Assembly (NCBI GenBank): GCA_937625935.1
Contig: OW569344.1
Location: 434,001-498,000, forward strand
Direction of reading: 5' to 3'
From: Tetramitus jugosus
Taxonomy: Eukaryota; Protista; Heterolobosea
Length of the DNA stretch: 64,000 bases
Shown: positions 28,383-39,798 of the stretch, piece after piece
Layout of the letters: each line of letters starts with the position of its first letter
How positions within the stretch are numbered: position 1 is the stretch's first letter
The notes under the pieces: generated by a model
Databases searched by the model: none
Seen by the model: the letters and a program-made list of their open reading frames with translations, nothing else
What the model was told of the DNA's origin: nothing
Translations under genes and position numbers: made by a program

Positions 28383-30884
28383 TCAACCCCAATTCAGAGC
28401 CACAGCCAGAGTTGTCATTCCTGATTCGAACTCCTGCATAAATATTTTAAACGGATCTAATGATGAAGGAGTTGGGTTGTCAACCTGAGTGACGTCAATC
28501 TTTGGTTCCGATGATTCGATCGAACTTGTTTGATCCGATTGAGTTTTGTTTTTCTTGGCGGATGACTGTTTTTGATCTGATTTTTTGTCGGCCGTTGCTT
28601 CCGTTACAGCATTCTTCGTCTTTTCTTTCTTTTGTTTGGCAGGTTGCTTTTGCTCCTCCAGTTTCTTCTGTTCCAGTTTGGCTGCCTTCTTTTTCTGTTT
28701 CTTCTTTTGATTCTTAATCTTGGACTTTGAGGGCTGTTTCTCTTTGTTGTCACCTGTCCAGACAAAGGAGGCAACATTGAGTAATCCTGATACAATGTTA
28801 GATATGGAGTCATCGTTCGGATTTGTTGTTGTTGAGGCACTGCTTTCATTTTTCTGCTTTGCAATTTTCCTATCCAATATCTTCAAGAGATCTTCGGGTT
28901 CTTGATCTGGAGGAGGTGTTGGAGTTCGAATTTTTTTCAAAGACTTATCTAGTAATGATGGAATACTCATAGAGTTCATCATCGAGGGCACATAATCAAA
29001 AGTATCGCTGATTGTTGAAAGGGGAGTGAGTCGGTATTGGGGCACTAAAGCATTCTTCATATGATCTCCATAGTGCTGCAAAGTAATATAATACCGTATT
29101 GCTTGTGTGATTGCTTGTGACAGCGTGCTATTGTTGCACGTATTCAGAATGTCATAAAGAATTTTCTCGCCACCACACGATTCGATCCCTTCTCTAATAA
29201 TCTTAAATCCTAGGAGTTGTGTGATTGCATTAATTGCATACATACGCAACTGAAATACGTCAGGGTCATCTGAATCCGGAATACCAATCACATAGTCGAA
29301 AAGAGATGTGAATGCATCTGGAATATTCCTTACTGTTTCTTCTACGTGCTCATACAATTCAGGATAGCCCCATATTTCAGGATTTTGGCAAACATTGCCA
29401 AGAATAATTAAAGCTGACTTGGTGGTCGATAATCGTGATGAATAAGTGGTAATTCCCTCTTTGACCAACTCGGCAATCATTTTCATTACCGAGGCTTGTT
29501 GGACGATCAGTACCTTAGTTTCTGTGTCTCCCGATAGTCTCGATAGCGCTTGGATGCAATAATCATAGTTTGGTGCATTGGTTGTACCGCAAGCGCTCAG
29601 TATTGCTTGAATGGCGCCATGTTCTCGCATAATTTTGTCAATACCCGACCCTCCACGACCCAGTAAACCAAGTGTCGTTGCTGTAATACCAATGAGGTCA
29701 CTTTCCGATGAGTACATTTGCGAGCAAAGTATTGGGAGAAATCCTTCGTGTACAACTTGCCACCTCGTGTCTGTATCTCCAGTCCAACAAATGTCCGCTA
29801 GAGCCTTGGTTGCAAAGAATCTTAATTCCGAGTCATCGTATTTCCGTAGCGAATCAGAGATTGCACTCAAAGCACCAGACTCCACAAAGAGATCGATGAC
29901 TTCTTGATCACCAGTGTGGTGGTCACCGTCAAATTTGCCTCCCATTAGCACAACACCCATTGATCGAGCATTAATATCTTTGCTGCTAGCCAGTTTTACA
30001 ATATCTGTGATGCTCAGAGGTGTATCAATATTTACAGAGTTCAAATAATGAGCATGGTGAGCAGCTATCCACTCGACTTCCCAATGAACCATGACTTGTT
30101 CATACTCTTCACAGTACATGCACAATTTTGAGCTGTACATTTCTGCTTCTGTCAACATTTGTTTTGTCAATTGATTCTCTGGCATCTCTGATATTACTAC
30201 TAACTGTTCCGATAACATGCACATTGTTTTTAACGCTTCAACAATGCTCATCTCCTCACCATCGTCACCCTCGCTATCCTCATCGGTTTCTTCCTGATCC
30301 TTGGCAATTGCGGTGGTCGCCATCGTATTATCCATTGACTTTGCGCTGTTCGACACTGACTTGGCAGTATACCCAACTGATTTGTTCTTATTGACTTTTT
30401 CCCATTCATCCATATGTTCATCATCCGTCATATCATCATCGTCACCTCCTTCATCCATCAACCACCACTCTTGTTGTTTCATACTGACTTCAGCCAACTC
30501 ACAAAACGCTTCATGTGCCTTGACCAAATCCGACGACAACAAATGAATGTGTCCCTTCATCAACAGTCCATCCATCATGTACCTCTCATTCTCATCCTTG
30601 TGCTTATTCCTGTGATACTCAATGTAGTATTCACAGTCGGACAATGCTTGACGATTGAGTCCACGATTCAAAAAAGCAACTGCTCTCAGTCGATACAGGT
30701 ACGGCAGAGGACACAATCCGATGGCAGTGGTGAGACAACCAATGGCAATATCATATCGTCCATCGAATATGAACTTTGTGCCAGTAAAGTAACCGCTGAG
30801 AACAATTTGGAGTGTGTCTTCATTGAGTTGCGTCAGAAGCTCTTGTTCCTGTTCAAAGTACTGGTGTGATTGATCTTCAATCAT
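28383..30884 (-). CDS. TPR + armadillo-repeat protein with basic low-complexity C-terminus
   Basis: TPR-like YDIAIGCLTTAI..LYRLRAVAFL..ALSDC; ARM-like FVESGAL, VVHEGFLP, MREHGAI, IESCGGE; first ATG 30884. Confidence 0.75.
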   Translation of the reverse strand: MIEDQSHQYFEQEQELLTQLNEDTLQIVLSGYFTGTKFIFDGRYDIAIGCLTTAIGLCPLPYLYRLRAVAFLNRGLNRQALSDCEYYIEYHRNKHKDENERYMMDGLLMKGHIHLLSSDLVKAHEAFCELAEVSMKQQEWWLMDEGGDDDDMTDDEHMDEWEKVNKNKSVGYTAKSVSNSAKSMDNTMATTAIAKDQEETDEDSEGDDGEEMSIVEALKTMCMLSEQLVVISEMPENQLTKQMLTEAEMYSSKLCMYCEEYEQVMVHWEVEWIAAHHAHYLNSVNIDTPLSITDIVKLASSKDINARSMGVVLMGGKFDGDHHTGDQEVIDLFVESGALSAISDSLRKYDDSELRFFATKALADICWTGDTDTRWQVVHEGFLPILCSQMYSSESDLIGITATTLGLLGRGGSGIDKIMREHGAIQAILSACGTTNAPNYDYCIQALSRLSGDTETKVLIVQQASVMKMIAELVKEGITTYSSRLSTTKSALIILGNVCQNPEIWGYPELYEHVEETVRNIPDAFTSLFDYVIGIPDSDDPDVFQLRMYAINAITQLLGFKIIREGIESCGGEKILYDILNTCNNSTLSQAITQAIRYYITLQHYGDHMKNALVPQYRLTPLSTISDTFDYVPSMMNSMSIPSLLDKSLKKIRTPTPPPDQEPEDLLKILDRKIAKQKNESSASTTTNPNDDSISNIVSGLLNVASFVWTGDNKEKQPSKSKIKNQKKKQKKKAAKLEQKKLEEQKQPAKQKKEKTKNAVTEATADKKSDQKQSSAKKNKTQSDQTSSIESSEPKIDVTQVDNPTPSSLDPFKIFMQEFESGMTTLAVALNWG

Positions 30885-31095
30885 GGTTTGTGCAGCGGAC
30901 TGTTTTTTTTGCTTTTGGTTCCAGAAAAAACTGGAATTGTTCAAGTCTGATAGTTGTGCTCTGATATGAGACCAGACATTGTTCGAAGGAGCTCGATGTC
31001 TAATTAGTTAGTGACTAAACTGTGAACGGCCATCGGAGTTTTAGAAGCGATTACAGTTATTCTCATTGAAAGAACAATTTGGAGAGGAAGAAAGA

Positions 31096-32004
31096 ATGGA
31101 TATTGAAGAAATTAGCAACTTGTTGCAACAACTACGAAGACATCAAAGAGAGGTAAAACAAGCAGAAAGGGAAAGGCAAGCCAATGAATCTCTCTATCAA
31201 AGGAGGGAACCAATCTCTGAAGAAGAGCAAGAAGCATCAGGAGAAGATTACTACGATGAAACAGAGGAAGAATCGTATGGAGATCAAGAAGAAGTGAATT
31301 TCGATGAACCTCAGAGAGAAAACGAAAACTCAGAAGATTATCCTGTTGTGACCGAAGATTTCGAAACAGGAGACCCAGAACTCGATAACATTTTGGCAAA
31401 GTTGAAAGAATTGAAGGCTAAAAAGATTGTTTTATCTTTCGAGCTGAACCAGAGCAAGAGTCGACTGGAAGAGACCAAAAATCGACATAAGGAGTTGTTG
31501 AAGGAGTCAGATGCGTCTTTTGAAGAATGGATTTTGTCCAGGATGAAAACTCTGGACTATATGTTAGATTCAACAGTTCTGGATATCCCAGAAGTACAGA
31601 AAGAACGAACTAATGAAGAAACTAAAGGAAACGAACAAGATTTCCCGGAAGAGAGAAAAGAATTATTGAAGAAGTTGCGAGAGGCCAGGATCGGCTACAT
31701 GAAACTCTTGAAGTATATTGAACTGAGTGACTCCGTATTGGAGGAAACAAAGATAGATAAGGAAGCAATGATTACCAATAAGCAAACCATTAGTGTGCAA
31801 TACGATGCAGAGATTGAGAAAATGACAGAGAAAAGACTAGAATGTGAGAAACGAACAGCTGGCTACAGACTATTATTGAACCAGATCAAAGAACAAAACG
31901 AGGCCAAGAGAAGAGAGATGGAACTCATAAACAAGAAGATTGAGAAAACACAGACAAGAACAGCACGAGAGCTTCAATTCCTCGCCAAGCAACTACTCAA
32001 ATAA
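31096..32004 (+). CDS. Hypothetical E/K-rich coiled-coil protein
   Basis: About 300 aa ORF, heptad-rich, no catalytic motif; first ATG 31096. Confidence 0.7.
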   Translation: MDIEEISNLLQQLRRHQREVKQAERERQANESLYQRREPISEEEQEASGEDYYDETEEESYGDQEEVNFDEPQRENENSEDYPVVTEDFETGDPELDNILAKLKELKAKKIVLSFELNQSKSRLEETKNRHKELLKESDASFEEWILSRMKTLDYMLDSTVLDIPEVQKERTNEETKGNEQDFPEERKELLKKLREARIGYMKLLKYIELSDSVLEETKIDKEAMITNKQTISVQYDAEIEKMTEKRLECEKRTAGYRLLLNQIKEQNEAKRREMELINKKIEKTQTRTARELQFLAKQLLK

Positions 32005-32094
32005 ACAGACAGCAGGCCAAGCAAGCCAAGCTAATCTTCAATCGCGATTGAAATACTGAAATGATTTTATGTGGTGAGCTATAATCCTCTACGT

Positions 32095-32400
32095 TTATAA
32101 AAGATCGTCATCCTCCTCTTCGAATTCCTCTGGATTGAACAATTCTATCGACTCCCAATTACCGTCTTCGTCCTTGTACACCAAATACAAGATGGTGTCT
32201 GTTTGAATCTTGGCATCCATGAGCTTTGTGTCATCTGACAATGGCTCATCTCCCTCCTTGTTGATATACAGTGCTTGATCTTCGATTGGTACCTTGTTGA
32301 TGGACATGACCTTCTCTTTCAAGTTTTTTATGGTCTCGTCCTTCTCACAGTGCAAAAATATGGTTTGCTTTTTTCGCTTGAGCTTCACGTACATGGACAT
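32095..32400 (-). CDS. ELOB: Elongin B (ubiquitin-like)
   Basis: MYVKLKRKKQTIFL.C...TI..LK, P.EDQ.L, L.D..KL, YLVYK...WE. Confidence 0.88.
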   Translation of the reverse strand: MSMYVKLKRKKQTIFLHCEKDETIKNLKEKVMSINKVPIEDQALYINKEGDEPLSDDTKLMDAKIQTDTILYLVYKDEDGNWESIELFNPEEFEEEDDDLL

Positions 32401-32615
32401 CTTGTCTTTTTATGATTCAATAATAATCGAACAGTGAAAGGTTGTGATTGCTGTCGCTGTTGATATGCTTTTGTTTTTTTGAAAGAGATGATTTCTGAGG
32501 TGAAATTTTTTGTTCGATCATTCGCTGGAAGCAGTAAGCTGAAATCTCAGAGAGGCACATCTCAGAACAGACGACAGTTAAAAAAATAACGATTTGTATT
32601 CTACACAGTCAGATC

Positions 32616-33302
32616 TTAAAGCTTCTGAGCCTTGAGTGCAGCGAGTCTCTTGCTCAACTCATCATGCTGCACAGCCAATGGATCAGCCTTGTTCGTTGTG
32701 TCAATGCCAGACAACTTTTCATTCACATCCAATCCGTACTCATCAGCCACTTGAGCCATGAGTGATGTGACTTGATCTTCTGGAGTGGTTAAACTAGTGG
32801 ACTGTGCCATAGAATCCTCCATGTACTTACTGGTAACATCCAGTGTGTCAAACTGTTGTTCGAACGTGTCCATAATCTTTGCAATCTTGTTCACATCCAT
32901 CGAGTTCAACACCTTGTCCATTCCCTTGACTACACCGCTCATTGACTTGGTCACAGCGTTCATTTTAATGGCAGTGTCCATACGGGAGGCCACTGCATCG
33001 ATTCTTGAGGCCAATCGTAGATAATTGAGAGCTTCATTCTTTTTTCTAATGGCGTCTTGTGCGTAGATACGAGCACCGTCCAAATTGCCCTTCTCGATCG
33101 CTGCCTTGACTTTTTTCTTGCTGGTCACTTGATCTTTTTCTGCTTTTTTTGAAGCTCTTTCGAATTGCTTGCTAGTGAACTTTAATTGAAACAAAATATC
33201 TGAAAAATGAAGACATAAGGGAGAAGAGTTGAGTTGTGAGAAGACGTGCTGTTGAATAATGATGATAAATAAAAATGTACTGAGCTTACCTTCCATGCCC
33301 AT
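32616..33302 (-). CDS. CHMP1: ESCRT-III subunit CHMP1/Did2/Vps46, 2 exons
   Basis: LFQLKFTSKQ, ARIYAQDAIRKKNEALNYLRLASRIDAVASR, C-terminal MIM ELSKRLAALK; 90-nt stop-free intron 33289-33200. Confidence 0.95.
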   Translation of the reverse strand: MGMEGKLSTFLFIIIIQQHVFSQLNSSPLCLHFSDILFQLKFTSKQFERASKKAEKDQVTSKKKVKAAIEKGNLDGARIYAQDAIRKKNEALNYLRLASRIDAVASRMDTAIKMNAVTKSMSGVVKGMDKVLNSMDVNKIAKIMDTFEQQFDTLDVTSKYMEDSMAQSTSLTTPEDQVTSLMAQVADEYGLDVNEKLSGIDTTNKADPLAVQHDELSKRLAALKAQKL

Positions 33303-33550
33303 TTTTGAGAGTGTTTGTTGTTAAGATTATGATACAGAATGAAGACTGGTCGTGTGATGATTGTCTTGTTGTTGTTGGTTGTTTTTTATGCTGTGTTGTT
33401 GAACTTTGTGTTCGGGATTGGTTGGAAGCATTTTTAGATTCTGAATCGACGGTTCCAGCCTGGAAACAGAAAGGAGGCGGAGAATAGACAACTGAAGGAA
33501 GAACGTTGCAGTCGTTGTATTGTCCCTCTGATTTAATTATAATGGTTTAG

Positions 33551-35629
33551 TTAGGAGGATTCCTCAGCTGGTTTGTTTTGGTTTTCTGCAACCTTTTCCT
33601 GCAACATTGCAAGGATTTCTTGGGCGTTGGTACCCTTGTCTTCTGCCTTTTGTTCAGCATATCGCAGACATGAGATACCCTTGGCATCTGTGGCCATAAC
33701 ATCAGCTCCTTCAGATAGAAGTGTCTTCACAATGTTTGGATGTCCAGCAATAATTGCCACTTGCAGAGGTGTAATCTGCAAGTCCATCATCTTAATATTT
33801 GGATCGACGCCCAAGTTCAATAACAAGTTAACAGTTGGTCCATGACCCAAGTGGATAGCATAGAAAATAGTGTGAATTCCAGTTGGTGATCTGTAGTTAA
33901 TATCTGCATTGTTCTGAACCAAAATACGAACCAAATCAAGGTATCCACGAGATGCAGCCAGCAACATCAAGTTGATACCAAGTTGTGGATGGGCAACATG
34001 AGGATCAGCACCAGCACCAATCAGCAGAGAGAACGGTTCTTGATGTCCTCTAATACATGCATAGAATATTGGTCGAGTACCATCTTTCAATTCTACGTTG
34101 ACGTTGGCACCGGCGTCCAACATTGTTTTCACAGCTTCAGTTCCAACCTTTGGATGACTGAGCAACATCACGAGTGGGGTAGATCCATCAATAGAGCTAG
34201 TGAAAGCCATATCCGCATGACCTTCTTCAATTAACATCTTGATAATTTCAGGGTTATTGGTATTTGCAACGGGTACGAAGCCGTCGTTTGTTGGAATATT
34301 TGGATTAGCGCCTGACGATATCAATTTGGAGACAATACGCTTCTGATTCAACACATCTGGATTAGTACCTTGGATAAGGGACCACATTAGTGGTGTCCAT
34401 CCGAGGATGTTAATATTGTTTGTGCTCATTCCTTGATCGATCAAGCGATTCACTGCTTCTAGATTGCCTGTAGATGCAGCAGCCATCAATTGAGTATTGC
34501 CAAAAACATCTGTCTCTGAAGAGGCTTCATCAGATTGAGGGAACCATACATTCTTACATCTGGCTCGTTGCTCTTCACTGAATGAACCAAGAGTAGACAA
34601 AACTTGAGCCAACTTGTTGAGAGAGTATGGTTGCTTTTCGTCAATGGCCAAACGAATGAAATTGTCTCCATTTTTATCGTTGTAGAATGGATCAGCACCA
34701 GCAGCAATCAGTAATTGAGAAACATCGGACTTTCCATAGGCAGCAGCAAAGTTGAGAGCAGTTTGATCCTCATTTCCCTTGTGATTTGGATCAGCACCAT
34801 TATCCAACAAAGTTTTTACAATTTGGATCAATCCATGTCTAGATGCATACATGAGTGGAGTAAAGTCAGTGTCACCAAAAGTAGAGGTCACATCTGCGCC
34901 GTGTTCACACAACAATTGCACACACTTCAACCAGCTCATATTGTTTGGCAAGTACAATTGCAATTGATTTCTCTTGTAACTCAATTCTTGTTCACTTGTT
35001 GTTTCGGCCAGATTAGCAGGATTGGGTGAGTTCAAAAACTCAACATAATTTCCAGCACCGACAATCGCAGAGTGCAAAGCACTGAATCCACCCTGTTCAA
35101 GCTTGTTGGCCCTATCTTGTTCAATCAAATTCTTTCCATTGGCCTTCAACAACTCTTGCAACACTTCAAAAAATCCAAATTGACTCACAAACATCATTGC
35201 ATTGATATGAGAGGTGACTTCAGGCTGATTTTCGACTTGTCCGGAGTGTTCTCTCGATGGGACCTTTGCCTTTGCGATCATCTTCTCCTGTGATAGTGTC
35301 ACATCTTCCTTCAACATTGTTCTAATGGTGTCAACATCTGCTTCTTCGCAAGCCTTGTAAAAAGCATCAATTTTCGCTTGTCTTTGACTAGAAACAGCAG
35401 TGTACTTCTTGATGGATGTAGTATGATAGGAAGCAACTGAATGATGGTTCAATGATTTCAACTCGTGTCTCGCCCATGCATTACTATTGTTGTTGAGCAT
35501 TGCTCTGTTGCTCTTATGATTGTAATGGTGGTTCCTATGAGTTGACATGGTCATCATTGAGGATGGTACGAGCGCACGATTGCATCTATTGGCGGTTGCC
35601 AATGGCGTAGCAGATAGGATTCTTCTCAT
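33551..35629 (-). CDS. Ankyrin-repeat protein with mitochondrial-type presequence
   Basis: About 12-13 ankyrin repeats (TPLMYAS, TALNFAA, TPLMWS, TPLQVA); MRRILSATPLA.. N-terminus rich in Arg/Ser/Thr and lacking acidic residues. Confidence 0.88.
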   Translation of the reverse strand: MRRILSATPLATANRCNRALVPSSMMTMSTHRNHHYNHKSNRAMLNNNSNAWARHELKSLNHHSVASYHTTSIKKYTAVSSQRQAKIDAFYKACEEADVDTIRTMLKEDVTLSQEKMIAKAKVPSREHSGQVENQPEVTSHINAMMFVSQFGFFEVLQELLKANGKNLIEQDRANKLEQGGFSALHSAIVGAGNYVEFLNSPNPANLAETTSEQELSYKRNQLQLYLPNNMSWLKCVQLLCEHGADVTSTFGDTDFTPLMYASRHGLIQIVKTLLDNGADPNHKGNEDQTALNFAAAYGKSDVSQLLIAAGADPFYNDKNGDNFIRLAIDEKQPYSLNKLAQVLSTLGSFSEEQRARCKNVWFPQSDEASSETDVFGNTQLMAAASTGNLEAVNRLIDQGMSTNNINILGWTPLMWSLIQGTNPDVLNQKRIVSKLISSGANPNIPTNDGFVPVANTNNPEIIKMLIEEGHADMAFTSSIDGSTPLVMLLSHPKVGTEAVKTMLDAGANVNVELKDGTRPIFYACIRGHQEPFSLLIGAGADPHVAHPQLGINLMLLAASRGYLDLVRILVQNNADINYRSPTGIHTIFYAIHLGHGPTVNLLLNLGVDPNIKMMDLQITPLQVAIIAGHPNIVKTLLSEGADVMATDAKGISCLRYAEQKAEDKGTNAQEILAMLQEKVAENQNKPAEESS

Positions 35630-35721
35630 GATTGTTGTTTTGTTTTTCAAATTGTTGTTTTTGTTGATCCTTTATGGTGTGGAAATGTTTCTCCGTAATC
35701 TTTGCGGAGATTTAAGCTTCA

Positions 35722-38700
35722 ATGAAATTTTGTGGTGTGAATTCAGCTAAAATTGAAACAACAACAAAATTGGATCGTGTGTTCACAACGTTGATTATAA
35801 GAACCAGGTTTGTGTGAAACATGATCTCCGGTGTTTCAACATATGACAATCTAGTGATTGATCACTATGTAAGCATCACTCAAAAGTTTTTTGATGAAGA
35901 AGACACTTTCATTGTGGGAATGGAAACTGTCAATCAAATTTCACTCCTGAATCAGTTGTCATTCATTCTGGAGCACTTTGAACGAGTGTATGAAGAAGTG
36001 ACGAACGATCCATTTGATTCCAATCGAGCCAGTATGTGTGTTTGTTTGCTTTTTCGCTTTTTCTGTGTTTGTTGTAGCTCATTTTGTTGTTAAAAATGTG
36101 GTAGATTTTATGATACAGAAATTGTTGGACAATACGCGGGAGGACCTTGTCGAAAATATTTTTAATCATATTTTGATGAATACGCAGGTGGATGACGATT
36201 TGTTGATTGCTGGAATGAGATTTCTGATTGCGACTTCGTCTTTGCTTGATCCAAGCACCTATATGAATGAAGAGCTGTTGGATCGTTTAATGGACACGAT
36301 TCATAAGAACAGCGAGTACAATAAGGATACGAAGAAGATTAATGAAGGAATGAAGATTACGCTACAAGGTCTTTCGAAGCGTGTGTTATGCACTGGATTG
36401 TTGTCTCTCGCGACTGCTGATGATGATGTGTCAAGCTATGTTGTGACACACAATATGGCTGCTCCTCTGCTCTATCGATTAAGATACTATATTGGGCATC
36501 GAGTAAAGAGACCAAAGTATATGAGTTATGAGGCACCGAGAGACGAAGAACAGAAAAAGAAGAAAAAGAAGAAGAAGGCCAAGGAAGAAACAAGTGCAGA
36601 AGACGAAAGCAAGTCGACCAACGAAGCGAGCAGTAGTAACACAGATGGTTCAACATCTGGATCAAATGTACCAAAGGTGGACGATATCATGTCCAATGGC
36701 AGCGCTGAACCAGAGCGAGGAGAAGTAAATAGCGACGACTTGAATGAGGAGCAATTGAAATACATGGAATTGAGAATGGTGTTGCGAGTATTTCAGGGAT
36801 TGGGTGATTATTTGGAAGTTTTGGGTCCATTTATTCAAGAGGGAGGCATGGATCTAGTCAATCCTCTGCTCACAATTAAGGACAAGTTTATTCTGACTGA
36901 ATCCTTAAAATTTTGCTCCGTAATGTTAACGCATCAGAGATTTGTTGACTTATTCGTCAATAACGGTGGCTTGAAACAAATATTGAAGCTACCAAAGATT
37001 CCATACCTTGTTGGTGGTGTAGGCTTATGTATCAGAGATATTGGGTCATCTGCTGTGATGGATCGATTGTGCAAAATAGGCCCATACATGGAGAAAATGG
37101 TAGAACATGGTTTGATGTTACTAGAGAGCTCTGTTAACGAACTGAAGAAAATTGGTTCTATATTCTTCTATTCTGCATTTTCGTACAGGCCTATTGTCAA
37201 CTTGTTTGATAAAGCGAATGGATTGAAGGCGCTTGTGAATATATTTCGAATGCCAATTAGTTTCCCTGAAGATACAGTTTCTGGCAAAAATCTAGCACAT
37301 TGTGCCTGTCTCGCATTGCGGTCTTACTTCCGAACACATCTATTATTGTCTGGATTTCAAATGAATCAGAAGAGAACAAAGAAGAAGGGCAAGTTAAAGT
37401 ATTTGGATGTACATAAGATTGCTGGTAATCATGTCATTATGGACATATTTGCTAAGCATATCAACACCTTGGCTTCCTATCTCCAGCGACAATCTTGGCG
37501 ACCTGCGAGCGATTTAATGTCATATGGAGGCATCACAATTTTGATCGAGCTCATAAATGTGGCATCCTATTGGAGGACATCACATGTGGCTCACTGTGCA
37601 CTTGAAGTGCTACAACTCGTTACTATGGCCCCTTTCACTCATTTACCTTTCTGCGAGGAAACACCTGATTCTAGTAGAAATGGTCTTGCGATTTTGTTGG
37701 GAATAGTGGCCACAAAATCTCCTCAAGATATATTTATTATTACTGCTGCTCTGGACGTTATTGTGAACATAGTATGTCTTCCTGAACCTCCAGCAGTTGT
37801 CCCACCATCTATATCGCAAGCGAAAAGACGCATTTGTGAACTGTTGCGCACCAATGATGGATTGGGTATTTTATTAGATATTCTTCGTTCAGCTGGACCT
37901 TTGAATACAGATGTTGTGCGCGCATTATCTTGCAAGGCATTATTGGGACTCTCACAAGATGCCACGATTAACCAAATTCTGAGAAAGATGGACGTGAGCG
38001 AGGTTGTATCTGATTTATTGAAGCAGAGTAAAGAAAAAGAGAACCTGGAGGATTTCAAAAAGTTCCAACATTATGCTATAGAGCTATTGAGTAAGACTAC
38101 TGGAAGAGAGCCAAAAACGATATCTATGGAGGCAAGAGATCACACTCTTGTTCGGCTAGAAAAGGCAGCGATTGTCGCAAATACCTCCATATCCTTTCAG
38201 GAGAAGGAGCTGATGCAAATCATTCATGAATATCTTAAAAACAAGGGGATGACCAAAACTGCTAGTCAACTGATCGATGAGGCACACATTGAGCCATTGG
38301 AGAGAGACAAACCTAACGTACCTCCACTACCCGAATCGTCAAAAATGGAACGTATCGTCACGAATTTCTTGAGGCATCAACACAGAGAATGCGAGGAACC
38401 TATATCCGTGCTTCCACCACTTTCGTTGCTATCTACTCATAAGTGCCCAATACCTCAGCGATATGAGGATGCATCTATGAATGTGGTTACTCGTATGCTT
38501 ACCAAAAAGCTTCATCCAACAACTAATAGAACACTTCACTCGTACAATATGAGGAAGATGGATCGTGAGTTTTTGTACAATAGATTGCGGCATTGGACCA
38601 CCTTTATGGAGGAGAAGGAAAGTATTAATTGCGCTGCATTTGACAGGTACGGTCAAACACTGTTTTGTGGCACTGAGTTTGGAGAGTTACATCACTATGA

Positions 38701-39769
38701 TATTGAATCAAAAGAAACTTTGGGTTCATTCCAAATTGGAGACATTGTTGAAGGTCTTCGTTTTTCAAAGGATTGTTCTAATCTTCTCGCTTGGGTGGGC
38801 GATTCCACAAGACTATATCATTCAGACTACAGCAATCCCTTGTATGAATTCAAGGAGAGTGCTTGTGCCGAATGGAGTAATGGAAATGATTTGATTGTTG
38901 GTACGGGAGTGAAGGCAACGTATATTTATGACGCACTGCGAGGAGATAAAATTGCAGATTTAATTGATCCGAAACTGGAGAAGGAATGGGGATTCAATAT
39001 TGCTTGTTTCAATCCATACGACGACTTGATTCTAAGTGATGCTGTTCTGTGGGATTATCGGATACCCCATACCATTGTTCATCGTTTCGATAGATTGTCA
39101 ACACAAGGCTTGGGAATATTTCATCCTAATGGATATGAAGTGATTATTAACAGTGAGATCTGGGATGTTAGAACATTTAGACTGTTGTCAACATGTCCTG
39201 CTCTTGCACAAACGAAATCAATAGTCTTCTCTCCGAATAACGATATTTTGTATGCGATATATCGTCAATCGTTGGACAATACTTATGTTCGAAGTAATTC
39301 CTTCCGGGCCATTGACTCAAGAACCATGGATACCATCTCTACGATTGACTCTGAAGGAAATATTGTTGGTATAGCAGCCGATCCTACAAACTCTTATGTT
39401 GCTTGTATTGGAGAGGACAAAGCGGAATCACACTACGTTTGCAAACTCTTCGAGATTGGACGAGCTAGAAAGGGCGAAGAGGATGAATCAGATGGTGAAG
39501 AAGAAGAACGAGAGGAGGAGGAAGAAGAGGAACTTGAACTCGAAGACGAAAGCTTCGATGAAGATGAAATTGACATGCTCGACCTTGTGGATGGCGTGGA
39601 TGGCATGGAAGCTGATATTGATTTTGAGGTGGATGGCGACCTGCTGGCAGCTCTTCTCAACAATACTGTGGCTGACGATGATGACGATGACGAAGATCAT
39701 ATGGAAGAAGACGAAGAGGAGGACGATGATGACGATGATGATGACTACGAAGAAGAAGATTTATTTTAA
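35722..39769 (+). CDS. DCAF1: DCAF1/VprBP (CRL4 substrate receptor)
   Basis: N-terminal YEEVTNDPFD, ARM region, LEKAAIVANT.ISF, LisH ELMQIIHEYLKNKGM..TA..L, LRHQHREC.EP, WD40 with HRFD and FHPNG.EVIINSEIWD, acidic tail; intron 36032-36104; start tentative. Confidence 0.93.
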
Positions 39770-39798
39770 TTAATGTGCATCACATAGTCCGATCAAGG

